Shown here one piece after another: positions 9,569-19,557 of a DNA stretch of 64,000 nucleotides. This DNA comes from Flavobacteriaceae bacterium. Lineage in GTDB: Bacteria; Bacteroidota; Bacteroidia; Flavobacteriales; Flavobacteriaceae. Under the pieces are notes generated by a model. That model ran no database searches, was not told the origin of the DNA, and saw only the letters and a list, made by a program, of their open reading frames with translations. The DNA is taken from assembly GCA_017851655.1 (NCBI GenBank), contig JAFMMH010000002.1:813-64812 (forward strand). The letters are read 5' to 3'. Position 1 is the stretch's first letter, and each line of letters begins with the position of its first letter. Position numbers and translations under genes: made by a program.

Positions 9569-11263
9569 TTAAACTTCAAACCGAATGTCCTTAACCACTA
9601 ATTGTAAACTTTTTACTCCATTGAATTCATTTTCATCTACATTATACAGCATAGAAAAAGGGCGTTTTTGCTTGATTTTTGTGTGATGTGATCCCAAGCC
9701 AAAAGCAATTCCTTGAAGTGTACAACCACTTGAATCCACAACTTCAAGTTTTAAATGATCATTTTCTTTTCCTACCAAACGAGACCCTCCATAATCCCTG
9801 CATTGATGAGAGACAAATACTGGACGCATGTTTTTAGGCCCAAATGGACTCATTTGTGAAAGAATACGATACAATTTAGGGGTAATATTATCCAACGAAG
9901 TTTCTACATCATATACCAAGCTAGGCAAACGTTGTGACTCCGAAATACGACTATTTACAGCCATTTCAAAAGCGACTTTAAATTCCTCCAACTGTGTTTC
10001 TTTCATTGTTAAACCCGCTGCATATTTATGCCCCCCAAATTGGATCATGTGAGCTTTACAAGCTTCCAAAGCTTGATAAACATCAAATCCTTTTACAGAT
10101 CGGACAGAACCTGCCAAAACATTCTCAGACTTAGTCAAAACAACTGTTGGACGGTAATAGCTTTCTATCAAACGGGAAGCAACAATGCCTATAACTCCTT
10201 TATGCCAAGAAGGGTGATATACCACCGTACTCGATTTGTATTTAGCTTCTTCGAGTTCAATTTGTTGAAGCGCCTCTTTTGTTATCCTTTCATCTGTTGA
10301 CCTTCGCTCAGTATTAAAAAATTCTATTGATCGCGCAATAGGTAAAGCCTCTTCAGGACTATTTGATAATAATAGCTCTACTGCATTAATCCCTTGATTC
10401 ATTCTACCGGCAGCATTGATTCGTGGAGCAATAATAAAAACCAAGTCACTGATTCGAGTTGGTCTTTTCAATTGCTTCAGAAAAAACTGAAATCCGTATC
10501 GAGGGGATTCTTGAATTTGTTTTAATCCTAAATAGCTCAATACTCTGTTTTCTCCTGTCATAGGTACAATATCAGCTGCAATTGCAGTAGCAACCAAATC
10601 CAGATAAGGGGCTAATGTTGTTTCAGGTAATTGAGAATATTGGTGTAATGCTTGAATTAATTTAAACCCAATTCCACAGCCACATAGTTCTTTATAAGGG
10701 TATTCACAATCTGTTCTTTTGGGATCCAATACTGCAACAGCATTTGGAATGTGGTCTCCAGGCAAATGATGATCGCAAATGATAAAATCAATTCCTAAAT
10801 CAGAAGCATAATCAACAAGGTCGTTTGCTTTAATTCCGCAGTCAAGCGCAATAATTAGTTGTATTCCTTCTTGATTGGCACGATCTATTCCAGCTTTTGA
10901 AATTCCATAACCCTCTGAATAACGATCGGGGATATAAGGCAAAACATCCGTTAATTTTTCTTTAAGGTAGGACGTCAAAAGGGCTACTGAAGTAGTTCCG
11001 TCTACGTCATAGTCTCCAAACACCATTACAGCTTCATTCAGTTGAAAAGCGCGGTTAATTCGCTCCACTGCTCTATCCATATCTTTCATTAAAAATGGAT
11101 TGTGCAAGGCTTCCCATTGAGGTCTAAAAAATTGTTTGGCTTCCTCAAAGTTTTGGATCCCTCTTTGAGCAAGAAGTACAGCTATAAGCTCAGGTACATT
11201 TAAAAGCTGACTCAATTCTTGAACTAAATTCTGATCTGGATTTGTTAGCTTTTGCCAGTTCAT
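9569..11263 (-). CDS. recJ: single-stranded-DNA-specific exonuclease RecJ
   Basis: DHH motifs (VFGDYDVDGTTS, DCG, ICDHH) and DHHA1 GGHKYAAG. ATG 11263 (MNWQKL...) lies 1 nt after the rsmI stop, so the listed 11326 start is an over-extension. Confidence 0.95.
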   Translation of the reverse strand: MNWQKLTNPDQNLVQELSQLLNVPELIAVLLAQRGIQNFEEAKQFFRPQWEALHNPFLMKDMDRAVERINRAFQLNEAVMVFGDYDVDGTTSVALLTSYLKEKLTDVLPYIPDRYSEGYGISKAGIDRANQEGIQLIIALDCGIKANDLVDYASDLGIDFIICDHHLPGDHIPNAVAVLDPKRTDCEYPYKELCGCGIGFKLIQALHQYSQLPETTLAPYLDLVATAIAADIVPMTGENRVLSYLGLKQIQESPRYGFQFFLKQLKRPTRISDLVFIIAPRINAAGRMNQGINAVELLLSNSPEEALPIARSIEFFNTERRSTDERITKEALQQIELEEAKYKSSTVVYHPSWHKGVIGIVASRLIESYYRPTVVLTKSENVLAGSVRSVKGFDVYQALEACKAHMIQFGGHKYAAGLTMKETQLEEFKVAFEMAVNSRISESQRLPSLVYDVETSLDNITPKLYRILSQMSPFGPKNMRPVFVSHQCRDYGGSRLVGKENDHLKLEVVDSSGCTLQGIAFGLGSHHTKIKQKRPFSMLYNVDENEFNGVKSLQLVVKDIRFEV

Positions 11264-11264
11264 A

Positions 11265-11936
11265 CTATTTATTGCTATTTCCTTCGACCACAACAACAAA
11301 CTCTCCTTTTGGAGGGTTTTGCTCAAAAAAATGAAGCGCTTCTTTTAAGCTTCCTCTGAAATTACTTTCAAATTTTTTACTTATTTCTCTCACTACAGCT
11401 ACTTTCCGTTCCGACCCAAAATAGGGAATCATCTGGTCCAGAGTCTTGAGAATTTTATGCGGAGATTCATAGAAAATCAAGGTTCGAGGTTCTTTAGCCA
11501 TCTGTTCCAAACGGCTCTGTCTTCCTTTTTTAGGGGGAAGAAAACCCTCAAAAATAAAACGATCAGCTGGAAGACCACTCTGAACTAACGCAGGGATTAA
11601 AGCAGTTGCTCCGGGTAAACATTCAACTTCAATTCCTTCTTTTAACGCGTGATGTACCAATAAGTATCCTGGGTCAGAAATTCCTGGAGTCCCCGCATCG
11701 GATATTAGTGCAATTGTTCTACCAAGTCTTGCTTGATCTATTATTTGATTTACTTTTTTGTGTTCATTATGCATATGAAAACTCTGCATGGGCGTCTTGA
11801 TTTCATAATGACTAAGAAGTTTTTGACTTACTCGTGTATCCTCTGCTAATATGAGATCCACCTCTTTCAATAATCGAATGGCTCTTAAAGTCATGTCTTC
11901 AAGATTGCCAATAGGTGTAGGAATTAAATAAATCAA
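11265..11936 (-). CDS. rsmI: 16S rRNA (cytidine1402-2'-O)-methyltransferase
   Basis: MIYLIPTPIGNLEDMTLRAIRLLKEVDLILAEDTR and SDAGTPGISDPG are classic RsmI blocks. Confidence 0.9.
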   Translation of the reverse strand: MIYLIPTPIGNLEDMTLRAIRLLKEVDLILAEDTRVSQKLLSHYEIKTPMQSFHMHNEHKKVNQIIDQARLGRTIALISDAGTPGISDPGYLLVHHALKEGIEVECLPGATALIPALVQSGLPADRFIFEGFLPPKKGRQSRLEQMAKEPRTLIFYESPHKILKTLDQMIPYFGSERKVAVVREISKKFESNFRGSLKEALHFFEQNPPKGEFVVVVEGNSNK

Positions 11937-11970
11937 TTTGTTATTTTTTTTAGTAAAAATTTATCCAAAA

Positions 11971-12651
11971 CTAGCTTTTAAAACTATTCTTTAAAATCGC
12001 CAAAAAACGTTCTTCTATAGGTTTTTTTTCCTCCCAGTGCGGGTATTCTATTTTAACCTTCCCTCCTATAAAGTCTTCAACTTCATGCCATTGTTCGAAT
12101 GTAACAATCTGAGAGATTACCGCTTCATAAGATTTAATGTTGTCTTGAAATAAATGCTTTATAAATGCCATACGATCATTTAAATCAATAGAAAGAGATT
12201 TCGCAAAATGATCATTCAAATTTTTTCGTTCTTCAGCTTCGACAATAGACTGCTCGGGTTTGTCATCTTTTTCAGCTGTTTTGGGTGCTTTCGGAACAAA
12301 AACTGGAGGCTCCTCCACACTATCAAAAAGGCGTTCATAATTTTCTGGTTCAGGCATTTCTGTAACCATATTTTTGATGGTTTCCATCATAGGTGGTACT
12401 TCCAGATCCTCTTTTTTTTCTGTAAAATTGGTTCTAGGCCCCGTCAACGTCTCCAAAACAGCAGAAAGTTCGGCTTGATAGCGTTTCCAACGTTCTGAAT
12501 TTGAGCTCTCTTCTGTCAAGAATTTTTGAAAAATTGAAATTTCATAAAGCTTCTGTATGGCTTTGTGAATATCATCCATATCCCAATGCGCTTGGTTTTT
12601 CAAAACCATCTCGGCCCATTCTACTAAAGCTGCTTTTATTTTTTCTGTCAT
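11971..12651 (-). CDS. hypothetical acidic protein
   Basis: 226-aa ORF with no competing frame and no family I can name. Divergent from tdk. Confidence 0.55.
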   Translation of the reverse strand: MTEKIKAALVEWAEMVLKNQAHWDMDDIHKAIQKLYEISIFQKFLTEESSNSERWKRYQAELSAVLETLTGPRTNFTEKKEDLEVPPMMETIKNMVTEMPEPENYERLFDSVEEPPVFVPKAPKTAEKDDKPEQSIVEAEERKNLNDHFAKSLSIDLNDRMAFIKHLFQDNIKSYEAVISQIVTFEQWHEVEDFIGGKVKIEYPHWEEKKPIEERFLAILKNSFKS

Positions 12652-12739
12652 GAATTAATCTGCTTCAACCCATTCGAAATTTAATATCTTTGTAGGAATA
12701 GATTTGGGATTGACCCTTAAATTAGCCGAAAATTACAAA

Positions 12740-13333
12740 ATGTTTTTAGAAAACACCGTAAACGCAAACGAACAATTTGGATGGATTGAGGTGATTTGTG
12801 GTTCCATGTTTTCTGGAAAAACAGAAGAATTGATTCGACGGCTAAAACGAGCGCAATTTGCACAACAAAAAATTGAAATTTTTAAACCCGCTATTGATCT
12901 GCGATACGATGACCAGTTAGTCACTTCACATGATCAAAATCAAATTCCTTCTACCCCAGTACCAGCAGCTGCAAATATCCCTATGTTAGCTGATAGCTGT
13001 GATGTGGTGGGTATTGATGAGGCTCAATTTTTTGATGATGAGATCGTAAAAGTATGCAATGACCTTGCTAATAGAGGAATTCGAGTCATCGTAGCGGGAC
13101 TGGATATGGACTACCGTGGGAATCCTTTTGGCCCCATGCCTGCACTGATGGCAACTGCAGAATATGTCACTAAAGTTCATGCAATCTGTACTCGCACTGG
13201 AAATTTAGCCCATTACAGTTACCGGACCTCTAAAGAAGATGATTTGTTACTTTTGGGAGAAAAAGAAAATTATGAACCTCTTTCTAGAGCTGCATATTTT
13301 CATGCCAATAAGAAAAATAATAAAAAATCCTAG
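12740..13333 (+). CDS. tdk: thymidine kinase
   Basis: P-loop [14 protein letters not shown] and IDEAQFF. ATG 12740 preferred over TTG 12704. Confidence 0.9.
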   Translation: MFLENTVNANEQFGWIEVICGSMFSGKTEELIRRLKRAQFAQQKIEIFKPAIDLRYDDQLVTSHDQNQIPSTPVPAAANIPMLADSCDVVGIDEAQFFDDEIVKVCNDLANRGIRVIVAGLDMDYRGNPFGPMPALMATAEYVTKVHAICTRTGNLAHYSYRTSKEDDLLLLGEKENYEPLSRAAYFHANKKNNKKS

Positions 13334-13345
13334 ATCCGCTATCTC

Positions 13346-14434
13346 TTGAATACACTTCACCTTTATCTCCAAAATCTCGATCATAATTACCGCCAAATCC
13401 GAAAAAAAATTCAACCTAATACACTCTGTATTGGCGTAGTTAAAGCTAATGCTTACGGAACTGAATTCATTCATTTCGCAAAACGTCTTGTAGAATTAGG
13501 AGTTGACACTCTCGCCGTAGCCTATACTGAGGAAGGAGTTCAACTTAGAAAAGAAGGAATTAAAATCCCAATCATGGTATTTTACCCTCAAAAAAATTCA
13601 CTTGAAGCACTTATTGAATCCAATCTAGAACCCTGCTTATATTCCAAACACTTGCTTTTGTCTTTTGAGATCCTTTTAAATGAAAAAAAAATTGAAAATT
13701 ATCCTATCCATATCAAATACAACACTGGATTAAATCGAGTTGGTTTTCCTTTTGATGAAGTCAATTGGATTTTGGATAAAATTTCCCTGCCTTGTTTCAA
13801 TTTAAAAACTGTTTATTCTCATTTAGCTGCCTCTGAAGAAAAACGTCCCTCATTATTATGCGACAAACAAATCCAACGTTTTAAAAAAATCAAGGAACAG
13901 CATAGTAAAAAAAATGAAGCCCCTCCTAAGTTTCACTTACTCAACAGTTCAGGCATCTTTAATTATCCCGAATTTCAATTTGATGCTGTTCGTTGTGGTA
14001 TTGCGTTTCATGGATTTGCCAATCATCCAGACTGGGATAAATTACTTAAACCTGTAGCACAGTTAGAAACGATCATCACTCAAATTCACGATGTCATGAA
14101 AGGTGAAAGTGTTGGTTATGATCATGGTTGGAAAGCTCCAAAACAAGTCCGAATCGCAAGCCTCCCGTTAGGACATGCTGATGGAATTGGTAGGCATTTT
14201 GGGAATCAAAGTTCTTCCGTAATCATTCACGGACAAGAAGCACCTATAGTGGGTAATGTCTGTATGGATATGCTAATGGTTGATGTATCAGAAATATCCT
14301 GTGAAGAAGGAGATAAAGTTAATCTCTTCGGACCACTCAGATCGGCCTCAGAATTTGCTGTGAATGGTGGAAGTATAAGCTATGAAGTTCTAGCAGGTCT
14401 TGGATCACGGATCAAAAGGGTTATCCACTTTTAG
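13346..14434 (+). CDS. alr: alanine racemase
   Basis: PLP-Lys block GVVKANAYG, YSHLA, and C-terminal GNVCMDMLMVDV. TTG start. Confidence 0.9.
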   Translation: MNTLHLYLQNLDHNYRQIRKKIQPNTLCIGVVKANAYGTEFIHFAKRLVELGVDTLAVAYTEEGVQLRKEGIKIPIMVFYPQKNSLEALIESNLEPCLYSKHLLLSFEILLNEKKIENYPIHIKYNTGLNRVGFPFDEVNWILDKISLPCFNLKTVYSHLAASEEKRPSLLCDKQIQRFKKIKEQHSKKNEAPPKFHLLNSSGIFNYPEFQFDAVRCGIAFHGFANHPDWDKLLKPVAQLETIITQIHDVMKGESVGYDHGWKAPKQVRIASLPLGHADGIGRHFGNQSSSVIIHGQEAPIVGNVCMDMLMVDVSEISCEEGDKVNLFGPLRSASEFAVNGGSISYEVLAGLGSRIKRVIHF

Positions 14435-14489
14435 TTTTTTGTTGTAAATACAACACTTTGTTATTTTTTTGAAACAAAAGCAAAGATCA

Positions 14490-14520
14490 TTTGCCTTCCC
14501 TATAATTAATAGTATTTTTG
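14490..14520 (+). promoter_or_regulatory. candidate Bacteroidota-type promoter for asd (TTTG, 19 nt spacer, TATTTTTG)
   Basis: TTTG at 14490-14493 and TAnnTTTG match at 14513-14520, 20 nt before the asd ATG. Consensus knowledge only, no expression data. Confidence 0.45.
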
Positions 14521-14539
14521 GCATCTAAAAAAATATAAA

Positions 14540-15529
14540 ATGAAAGTAGCAGTTGTAGGCGCTACCGGTATGGTAGGAGAAATCATGTTGAAAGTGTTAG
14601 CCGAAAGAAACTTTCCAATCGAAGAATTACTTCTAGTCGCTTCTGAACGTTCGGTAGGGAAAAAACTAAGTTATAGAGGTAAAGATCATGAGGTAATCGG
14701 TTTAAAGACTGCTGTTGCAGCTCGCCCCGATATTGCATTATTTTCTGCTGGAGGAGACACCTCTTTGGAGTGGGCACCTCAATTTGCTGCTGTAGGAACT
14801 ACCGTTATTGACAATTCATCTGCATGGCGCATGGATGAAACTAAAAAATTAATTGTTCCTGAAATCAATGGCTCACTTTTAACTCTTGAAGATAAAATTA
14901 TTGCTAACCCAAACTGTTCTACCATACAGATGGTTATGGCATTAGCTCCTCTGCACAAGGAATTTAAGATCAAACGCCTCATCATTTCTACCTATCAATC
15001 GATTACTGGAACTGGAGTAAAAGCAGTTCGCCAATTAGATCAGGAGGCCCAAGGGCTTGAGGTAGAGAGAGCTTATCCGCATCCTATTCATAAAAATGCA
15101 CTCCCCCATTGTGATGTTTTTTTAGAAAATGATTACACCAAAGAAGAAATGAAATTGGTTCATGAAACACATAAAATTTTAGATGATGATCAAATGGGAA
15201 TTACGGCTACTGCAGTACGAATTCCTGTTGTAGGAGGACATAGTGAGTCTATAAATGTCGAATTTGAAAAGAATTTTGATGTCCCTTCTATTCGTGAAAT
15301 GCTTCAACAAACTCCAGGATTAATTGTACAAGATAATCCTGAGGGGGATTTGTATCCTATGCCTTTGAATGCTGAAGGAAAAGATGAAGTATTTGTAGGA
15401 AGAATTCGTCGAGATACTTCTCATCCCAATGCTTTAAATATGTGGATTGTAGCAGATAACCTTCGTAAGGGAGCAGCTACAAATACCATTCAAATAGCCG
15501 AATATTTGATTGCCAACCAATTAATCTGA
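14540..15529 (+). CDS. asd: aspartate-semialdehyde dehydrogenase
   Basis: MKVAVVGATGMVG Rossmann N-terminus. Active-site NPNCSTIQMV. 329 aa. Confidence 0.95.
   Translation: MKVAVVGATGMVGEIMLKVLAERNFPIEELLLVASERSVGKKLSYRGKDHEVIGLKTAVAARPDIALFSAGGDTSLEWAPQFAAVGTTVIDNSSAWRMDETKKLIVPEINGSLLTLEDKIIANPNCSTIQMVMALAPLHKEFKIKRLIISTYQSITGTGVKAVRQLDQEAQGLEVERAYPHPIHKNALPHCDVFLENDYTKEEMKLVHETHKILDDDQMGITATAVRIPVVGGHSESINVEFEKNFDVPSIREMLQQTPGLIVQDNPEGDLYPMPLNAEGKDEVFVGRIRRDTSHPNALNMWIVADNLRKGAATNTIQIAEYLIANQLI
15491..15526 (+). repeat. direct repeat, left copy (last 36 nt of asd)
   Basis: CAAATAGCCGAATATTTGATTGCCAACCAATTAATC. 33/36 identical to 17557-17592 by manual alignment. Confidence 0.8.
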
Positions 15530-15586
15530 AGTTAAAGTAAAGTTTTATCTAGTTACAAAAAACTAGAATTAGCTAACATTTACAAG

Positions 15587-15612
15587 CCCTTCGAATAATC
15601 GAGGGGTTTTTC
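15587..15612 (+). terminator. intrinsic terminator after asd
   Basis: CCCTTCGA-ATAA-TCGAGGGG (8-bp stem with one G-U) followed by TTTTT. Confidence 0.6.
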
Positions 15613-15727
15613 TTTAGAATTGAAAATTCGTTAAAAAATGAAAAATTCTAAACCAAAAGAACAGCATTATAAACAAGATCTGGAATTTCTTATTATATTG
15701 TAGTTTATTAACCATAAATCAATTTAA

Positions 15728-16177
15728 ATGGCACTTCTTATTATAGCAATTGTTATCTCATCCATAAGTATCTATGGCGCAATCGCCCTTAAAAGATTTT
15801 ACTTTATGCTAGGGTATTTTCTTTTTTCAATACTTGCAATAACCTCGTTTATGCCTCGTTTAGCTGAAGACCCTATGCTGTCTATTACATCATTGGCATT
15901 GTTTTTAGTTTTAGGGATAATTTCATTTCCAGCCAAAAAGAATATTACTGATTATAACGTCAATAGTGAGGCAGCGCCTTTGGTAAAATCTTTTATGCTC
16001 AAAACTTTATTTTCTCTAAGCACAATAAATATTTTGGCTATTTTTCTTGTTTATTATGATCCAAATATGCCTGAAGGAATGACAGAAGACATGAAGATTT
16101 ACGGAATGATTATGCACGGTATATTAGGGTTGTTACCTTTAATTGTTTTGATTAGAATGTCAAAAATGAATGCATAA
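15728..16177 (+). CDS. hypothetical multi-pass membrane protein (islet gene 1)
   Basis: 149 aa with 4-5 hydrophobic segments. No recognisable family. Confidence 0.5.
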   Translation: MALLIIAIVISSISIYGAIALKRFYFMLGYFLFSILAITSFMPRLAEDPMLSITSLALFLVLGIISFPAKKNITDYNVNSEAAPLVKSFMLKTLFSLSTINILAIFLVYYDPNMPEGMTEDMKIYGMIMHGILGLLPLIVLIRMSKMNA

Positions 16178-16391
16178 TAACATCTAATTTACAGGCAAGC
16201 TAGACACCTACTTGAATCGTTCTAAAAAGTTTTCAGATCATGGGTATAGATTGTTGTTTTGTTCAGATACTTAAAATAATTGTTTCAACATAACACCATT
16301 CCCTATGAAAACTCAGCTTCTGATTTTTTTTTTAAACTCTTTTGTAGACCGTATGGAACCTTTTTTTGAATTTTATATTATTATTTACTAA

Positions 16392-16838
16392 ATGCTCAAA
16401 AAATTATCCTTTTTACTATTGGCCTTTATCTTTCTCACTTGTTCAAAAGAGAAAGATTCTTTTTTGGAAGAAACTTTTTTAGATAAAATAGAGGATATTG
16501 TTTGGACTCGAGGAACTAATTATAAAACATTTAAAAGCAACCCATTTAAATTATACATAGTTGAAAATGGAATTTGTTTGGAATTCAAAGAGGGTGACAA
16601 CCAAGTCAGGGAAAACACTTTTAATTATAGTGTTGAGAAGATTACCCCAGACACACTTCAATTAGGATACAAAGTGCAAGGAGAAAAAATAAATCATTGT
16701 GGGACCTTTACTTACCATTTAGATACGGTAGGAAATCTAATTAGAACTTACAAAGAGTGTACGGGTTTGTTTGATGTTACTCAAACTTTAGAATTTTACA
16801 CCGCTGAAAAAACTTTAGATGAAGTATGCTTTGATTAA
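16392..16838 (+). CDS. hypothetical lipoprotein (islet gene 2)
   Basis: Signal peptide with lipobox FLTC|S. 148 aa. No recognisable family. Confidence 0.55.
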   Translation: MLKKLSFLLLAFIFLTCSKEKDSFLEETFLDKIEDIVWTRGTNYKTFKSNPFKLYIVENGICLEFKEGDNQVRENTFNYSVEKITPDTLQLGYKVQGEKINHCGTFTYHLDTVGNLIRTYKECTGLFDVTQTLEFYTAEKTLDEVCFD

Positions 16839-16911
16839 AAAGTGAGGTAAATATTTGATCCTCATTACGTTCAAAAAAATCTTTAAATTGTATATTAATA
16901 AATTAAAAAAA

Positions 16912-17334
16912 ATGAAAAATTTTAAAACTATTTTAATTGTCACACTAATACTAGATATCATGCAATGTATTCCTCTAGTGTTAGCGAAAATGGGAGGCGA
17001 AATGAAAAATCAAATGATAAATGACTTTAACATTGAAGGTTTAGCATCTAGTTCTCCAGGTTTAGAAGTACTTGATATGATGTTATACATCTTTGGTTTT
17101 ATTATTCTTGGCTCCATATTTTCAGTAATTTATGCACTTAGGTTAAAAACCCTTGACGGACTAAAATCAGCCACTTTTATATTGTTTATAATTCATTTAT
17201 TTTGGACTTTACCTGATTTTATAACCTTAATTAGTGGTGGTTCAGCTCATCCTCCACTTGCAATTATGGTTTTAACCCTAATACCAGTTATTGGACTGTA
17301 TTATGTATCCCAAAAAGGAGAGTTAAAATCCTGA
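16912..17334 (+). CDS. hypothetical 4-TM membrane protein (islet gene 3)
   Basis: ATG 16912 (MKNFKTILIV...) preferred over TTG 16855. Four hydrophobic segments. Confidence 0.5.
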   Translation: MKNFKTILIVTLILDIMQCIPLVLAKMGGEMKNQMINDFNIEGLASSSPGLEVLDMMLYIFGFIILGSIFSVIYALRLKTLDGLKSATFILFIIHLFWTLPDFITLISGGSAHPPLAIMVLTLIPVIGLYYVSQKGELKS

Positions 17335-17532
17335 TTAAAAATTTTAAAGTTAAATCATACGGAAATTCTCTTTGGGGACAGTAACAATTCATTCGAACAG
17401 TAAGCGTATTGTGTAGTTGCTATCTAGTTTGAAATCAAAATAGCACTTAATGTCTTTGATATTAGAGACTTTGAAGTGCGAAAGGTTTTTATATAGCACT
17501 TCCATGATGAATTAAATATTCAACTTTACCCT

Positions 17533-17592
17533 GAGGGAGAAGCATCTGCCACTGCTCAAATAGGCGAGTATTTGATTGCCAATCAATTAATC
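17533..17592 (+). pseudogene. displaced, 5'-truncated relic of an asd 3' end
   Basis: Reads EGEASATAQIGEYLIANQLI, against KGAATNTIQIAEYLIANQLI* at the end of the intact asd. No upstream asd body, and the stop codon is lost (continues KVKA...). Confidence 0.6.
17557..17592 (+). repeat. direct repeat, right copy
   Basis: CAAATAGGCGAGTATTTGATTGCCAATCAATTAATC, 2066 nt downstream of the left copy. Confidence 0.8.
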
Positions 17593-17674
17593 AAGGTAAA
17601 GGCACTTATAATACCCTTAAAATTATCTTGTTGCTTTACTTTTTTTTATAAATTTGCCGCTCAATTGTGGACTA

Positions 17675-18196
17675 ATGGATGCGATTAAAGAATTTACTAT
17701 CCCATTTGTGGGATTAAAAGAAGGAAAGCATCAATTTAAATTCACGATAGACAATACGTTCTTTGCGCATTTTGAGTTTAATGATTTCGACCGAGCTACG
17801 TTGAATGGAGAACTGATACTCGAAAAAAAGTCAAGCTTTTTAGAGTTACAGTTTGATATAAATGGTACGGTAGTCCTTCCTTGCGATGTTTCCATGGAAT
17901 GGTTCGATTGTCCGATAGCCACCCAATTTAACTTAATTGTCAAGTTTGGGTTGCCAGCAGCACAAGCTTCAGATGAAATCTTAATTTTACCCGAAGGGAG
18001 CTATCAAATTGATGTTGCTCAGTACTTTTATGAAATGGTTGTTTTAAATCTTCCACAAAAAAGAGTTCATCCGGGTATCGAAGACGGGACATTACAAAGT
18101 GAAATTGTTGATAAACTCAAAGCATTGGAACCAAAAGAATCACATTTGAAAGGATCTGAAGATCCACGATGGAATAAATTAAAAGATCTTTTGTAA
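17675..18196 (+). CDS. DUF177 (YceD-like) protein
   Basis: Sits immediately upstream of rpmF, as in most bacteria. ~173 aa acidic protein. ATG 17675 preferred over TTG 17654. Confidence 0.75.
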   Translation: MDAIKEFTIPFVGLKEGKHQFKFTIDNTFFAHFEFNDFDRATLNGELILEKKSSFLELQFDINGTVVLPCDVSMEWFDCPIATQFNLIVKFGLPAAQASDEILILPEGSYQIDVAQYFYEMVVLNLPQKRVHPGIEDGTLQSEIVDKLKALEPKESHLKGSEDPRWNKLKDLL

Positions 18197-18217
18197 AAAA
18201 GATAAAAATTAAAAATT

Positions 18218-18415
18218 ATGGCACATCCTAAACGAAAAATATCGAAAACCAGAAGAGACAAAAGACGTACGCACTACAAAGCTGCTGATCAGCAAATTGC
18301 AACTTGCTCTTCTACAGGAGAAGCACATCTTTATCACAGAGCGCACTGGCACGAAGGAAAACTCTATTACAGAGGGAAAGTGCTTGTAGATGCTACAACT
18401 GTAGCAGAAGCCTAA
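18218..18415 (+). CDS. rpmF: 50S ribosomal protein L32
   Basis: [22 protein letters not shown] is the bL32 N-terminus. 65 aa. Confidence 0.95.
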   Translation: MAHPKRKISKTRRDKRRTHYKAADQQIATCSSTGEAHLYHRAHWHEGKLYYRGKVLVDATTVAEA

Positions 18416-18534
18416 ATTATCTTCTTGAAAACCAAACTTGTTGGCGGAGGTGAATTTTATTGCAATAATTTTGATTGCATTAAAAAACCATTATCTTCAC
18501 TTGCTAATAGATTATTTCTTTGCTAAAAAATAGC

Positions 18535-19539
18535 ATGAATCTAGAACGTACGAAACAAACAAAAGCAGCCATTACTGCTGTAGGGGGCTATGTGCCTGAT
18601 ACAATTTTATCTAATCAAGATTTAGAAAAAATGGTTGACACTAACGATGCATGGATCACTTCACGTACAGGTATAAAAGAACGTAGAATTCTTAAAGATC
18701 CTGAAAAGCCAACCTCTTTCATGGCTATTGAAGCTGCTCAAGATCTAATTCAATCATACCATATTGATCCTTCTACCATAGACCTGGTAATCGTAGCAAC
18801 GGTAACTCCAGATATGCCTGTGGCAGCAACTGCAGCCTATGTTGCTTCTTCTATTGGTGCTACTGAGGCTTTTGGTTATGATTTAAGTGCCGCCTGTTCT
18901 GGATTTTTATACGGTATGAGTACATGTGCCGCATATATCAACTCAGGTCGATACAAAAAAGTTCTTTTGATTGGTGCTGATAAAATGTCTTCGATTGTTG
19001 ATTACACAGACCGTACAACTTGTATCATTTTTGGTGACGGAGCTGGAGCAGTGCTTTTTGAACCTAGTCCTAACGAATATGGATGGGAAGACGAATACTT
19101 CAGAAGCAATGGTGCAGAACGAATGTCCCTCAGAATAAAAGCTGGAGGATCCCTCTATCCTACTTCTACAACAACTCTAGAAAATGGATGGCACAACTTA
19201 TTTCAAGAAGGTAAGACAGTATTTAAATATGCCGTTTCAGAGATGGCAGAAGCTTCTGAACAAATTTTAAAAAGAAATGATTTAACTGGAAAAGAAATCA
19301 ATTATCTTGTTCCACATCAAGCCAACAAAAGAATAATAGATGCCACGGCAAAAAGGCTTGGACTGGAAGAAGAAAAAGTACTGATGAATATCAGCTATTA
19401 TGGAAATACTACAGCGGCTACAATTCCGCTTTTGCTAAACGACAATAAATTAAAATTTAAAAAAGGAGATAAACTTATATTCGCTGCCTTTGGGGGTGGA
19501 TTCACCTGGGGTGCATCATACCTAACTTGGGCAATCTAG
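18535..19539 (+). CDS. fabH: beta-ketoacyl-ACP synthase III
   Basis: Active-site AACSGF, HQAN, and GNTTAATIP blocks. ATG 18535 preferred over TTG 18520. Confidence 0.9.
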   Translation: MNLERTKQTKAAITAVGGYVPDTILSNQDLEKMVDTNDAWITSRTGIKERRILKDPEKPTSFMAIEAAQDLIQSYHIDPSTIDLVIVATVTPDMPVAATAAYVASSIGATEAFGYDLSAACSGFLYGMSTCAAYINSGRYKKVLLIGADKMSSIVDYTDRTTCIIFGDGAGAVLFEPSPNEYGWEDEYFRSNGAERMSLRIKAGGSLYPTSTTTLENGWHNLFQEGKTVFKYAVSEMAEASEQILKRNDLTGKEINYLVPHQANKRIIDATAKRLGLEEEKVLMNISYYGNTTAATIPLLLNDNKLKFKKGDKLIFAAFGGGFTWGASYLTWAI

Positions 19540-19557
19540 AAATTTAATCAATTATTT

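Noticed and set aside
16324-16333. T10 homopolymer ~60 nt upstream of the islet lipoprotein gene, considered as a phase-variation tract.
   Set aside because: Homopolymeric T/A runs of 7-10 are frequent throughout this AT-rich window. No promoter boxes flank it at a spacing that would make tract length matter.
17440-17505. ATAGCACTT direct repeat (x2) and an imperfect GCACTT...AAGTGC hairpin just left of the asd relic, considered as an element end or att-associated structure.
   Set aside because: The stems are short (6 + 4 bp) with large mismatched interiors, and a 9-nt repeat in AT-rich DNA is weak evidence. It is not separable from chance without comparative data.
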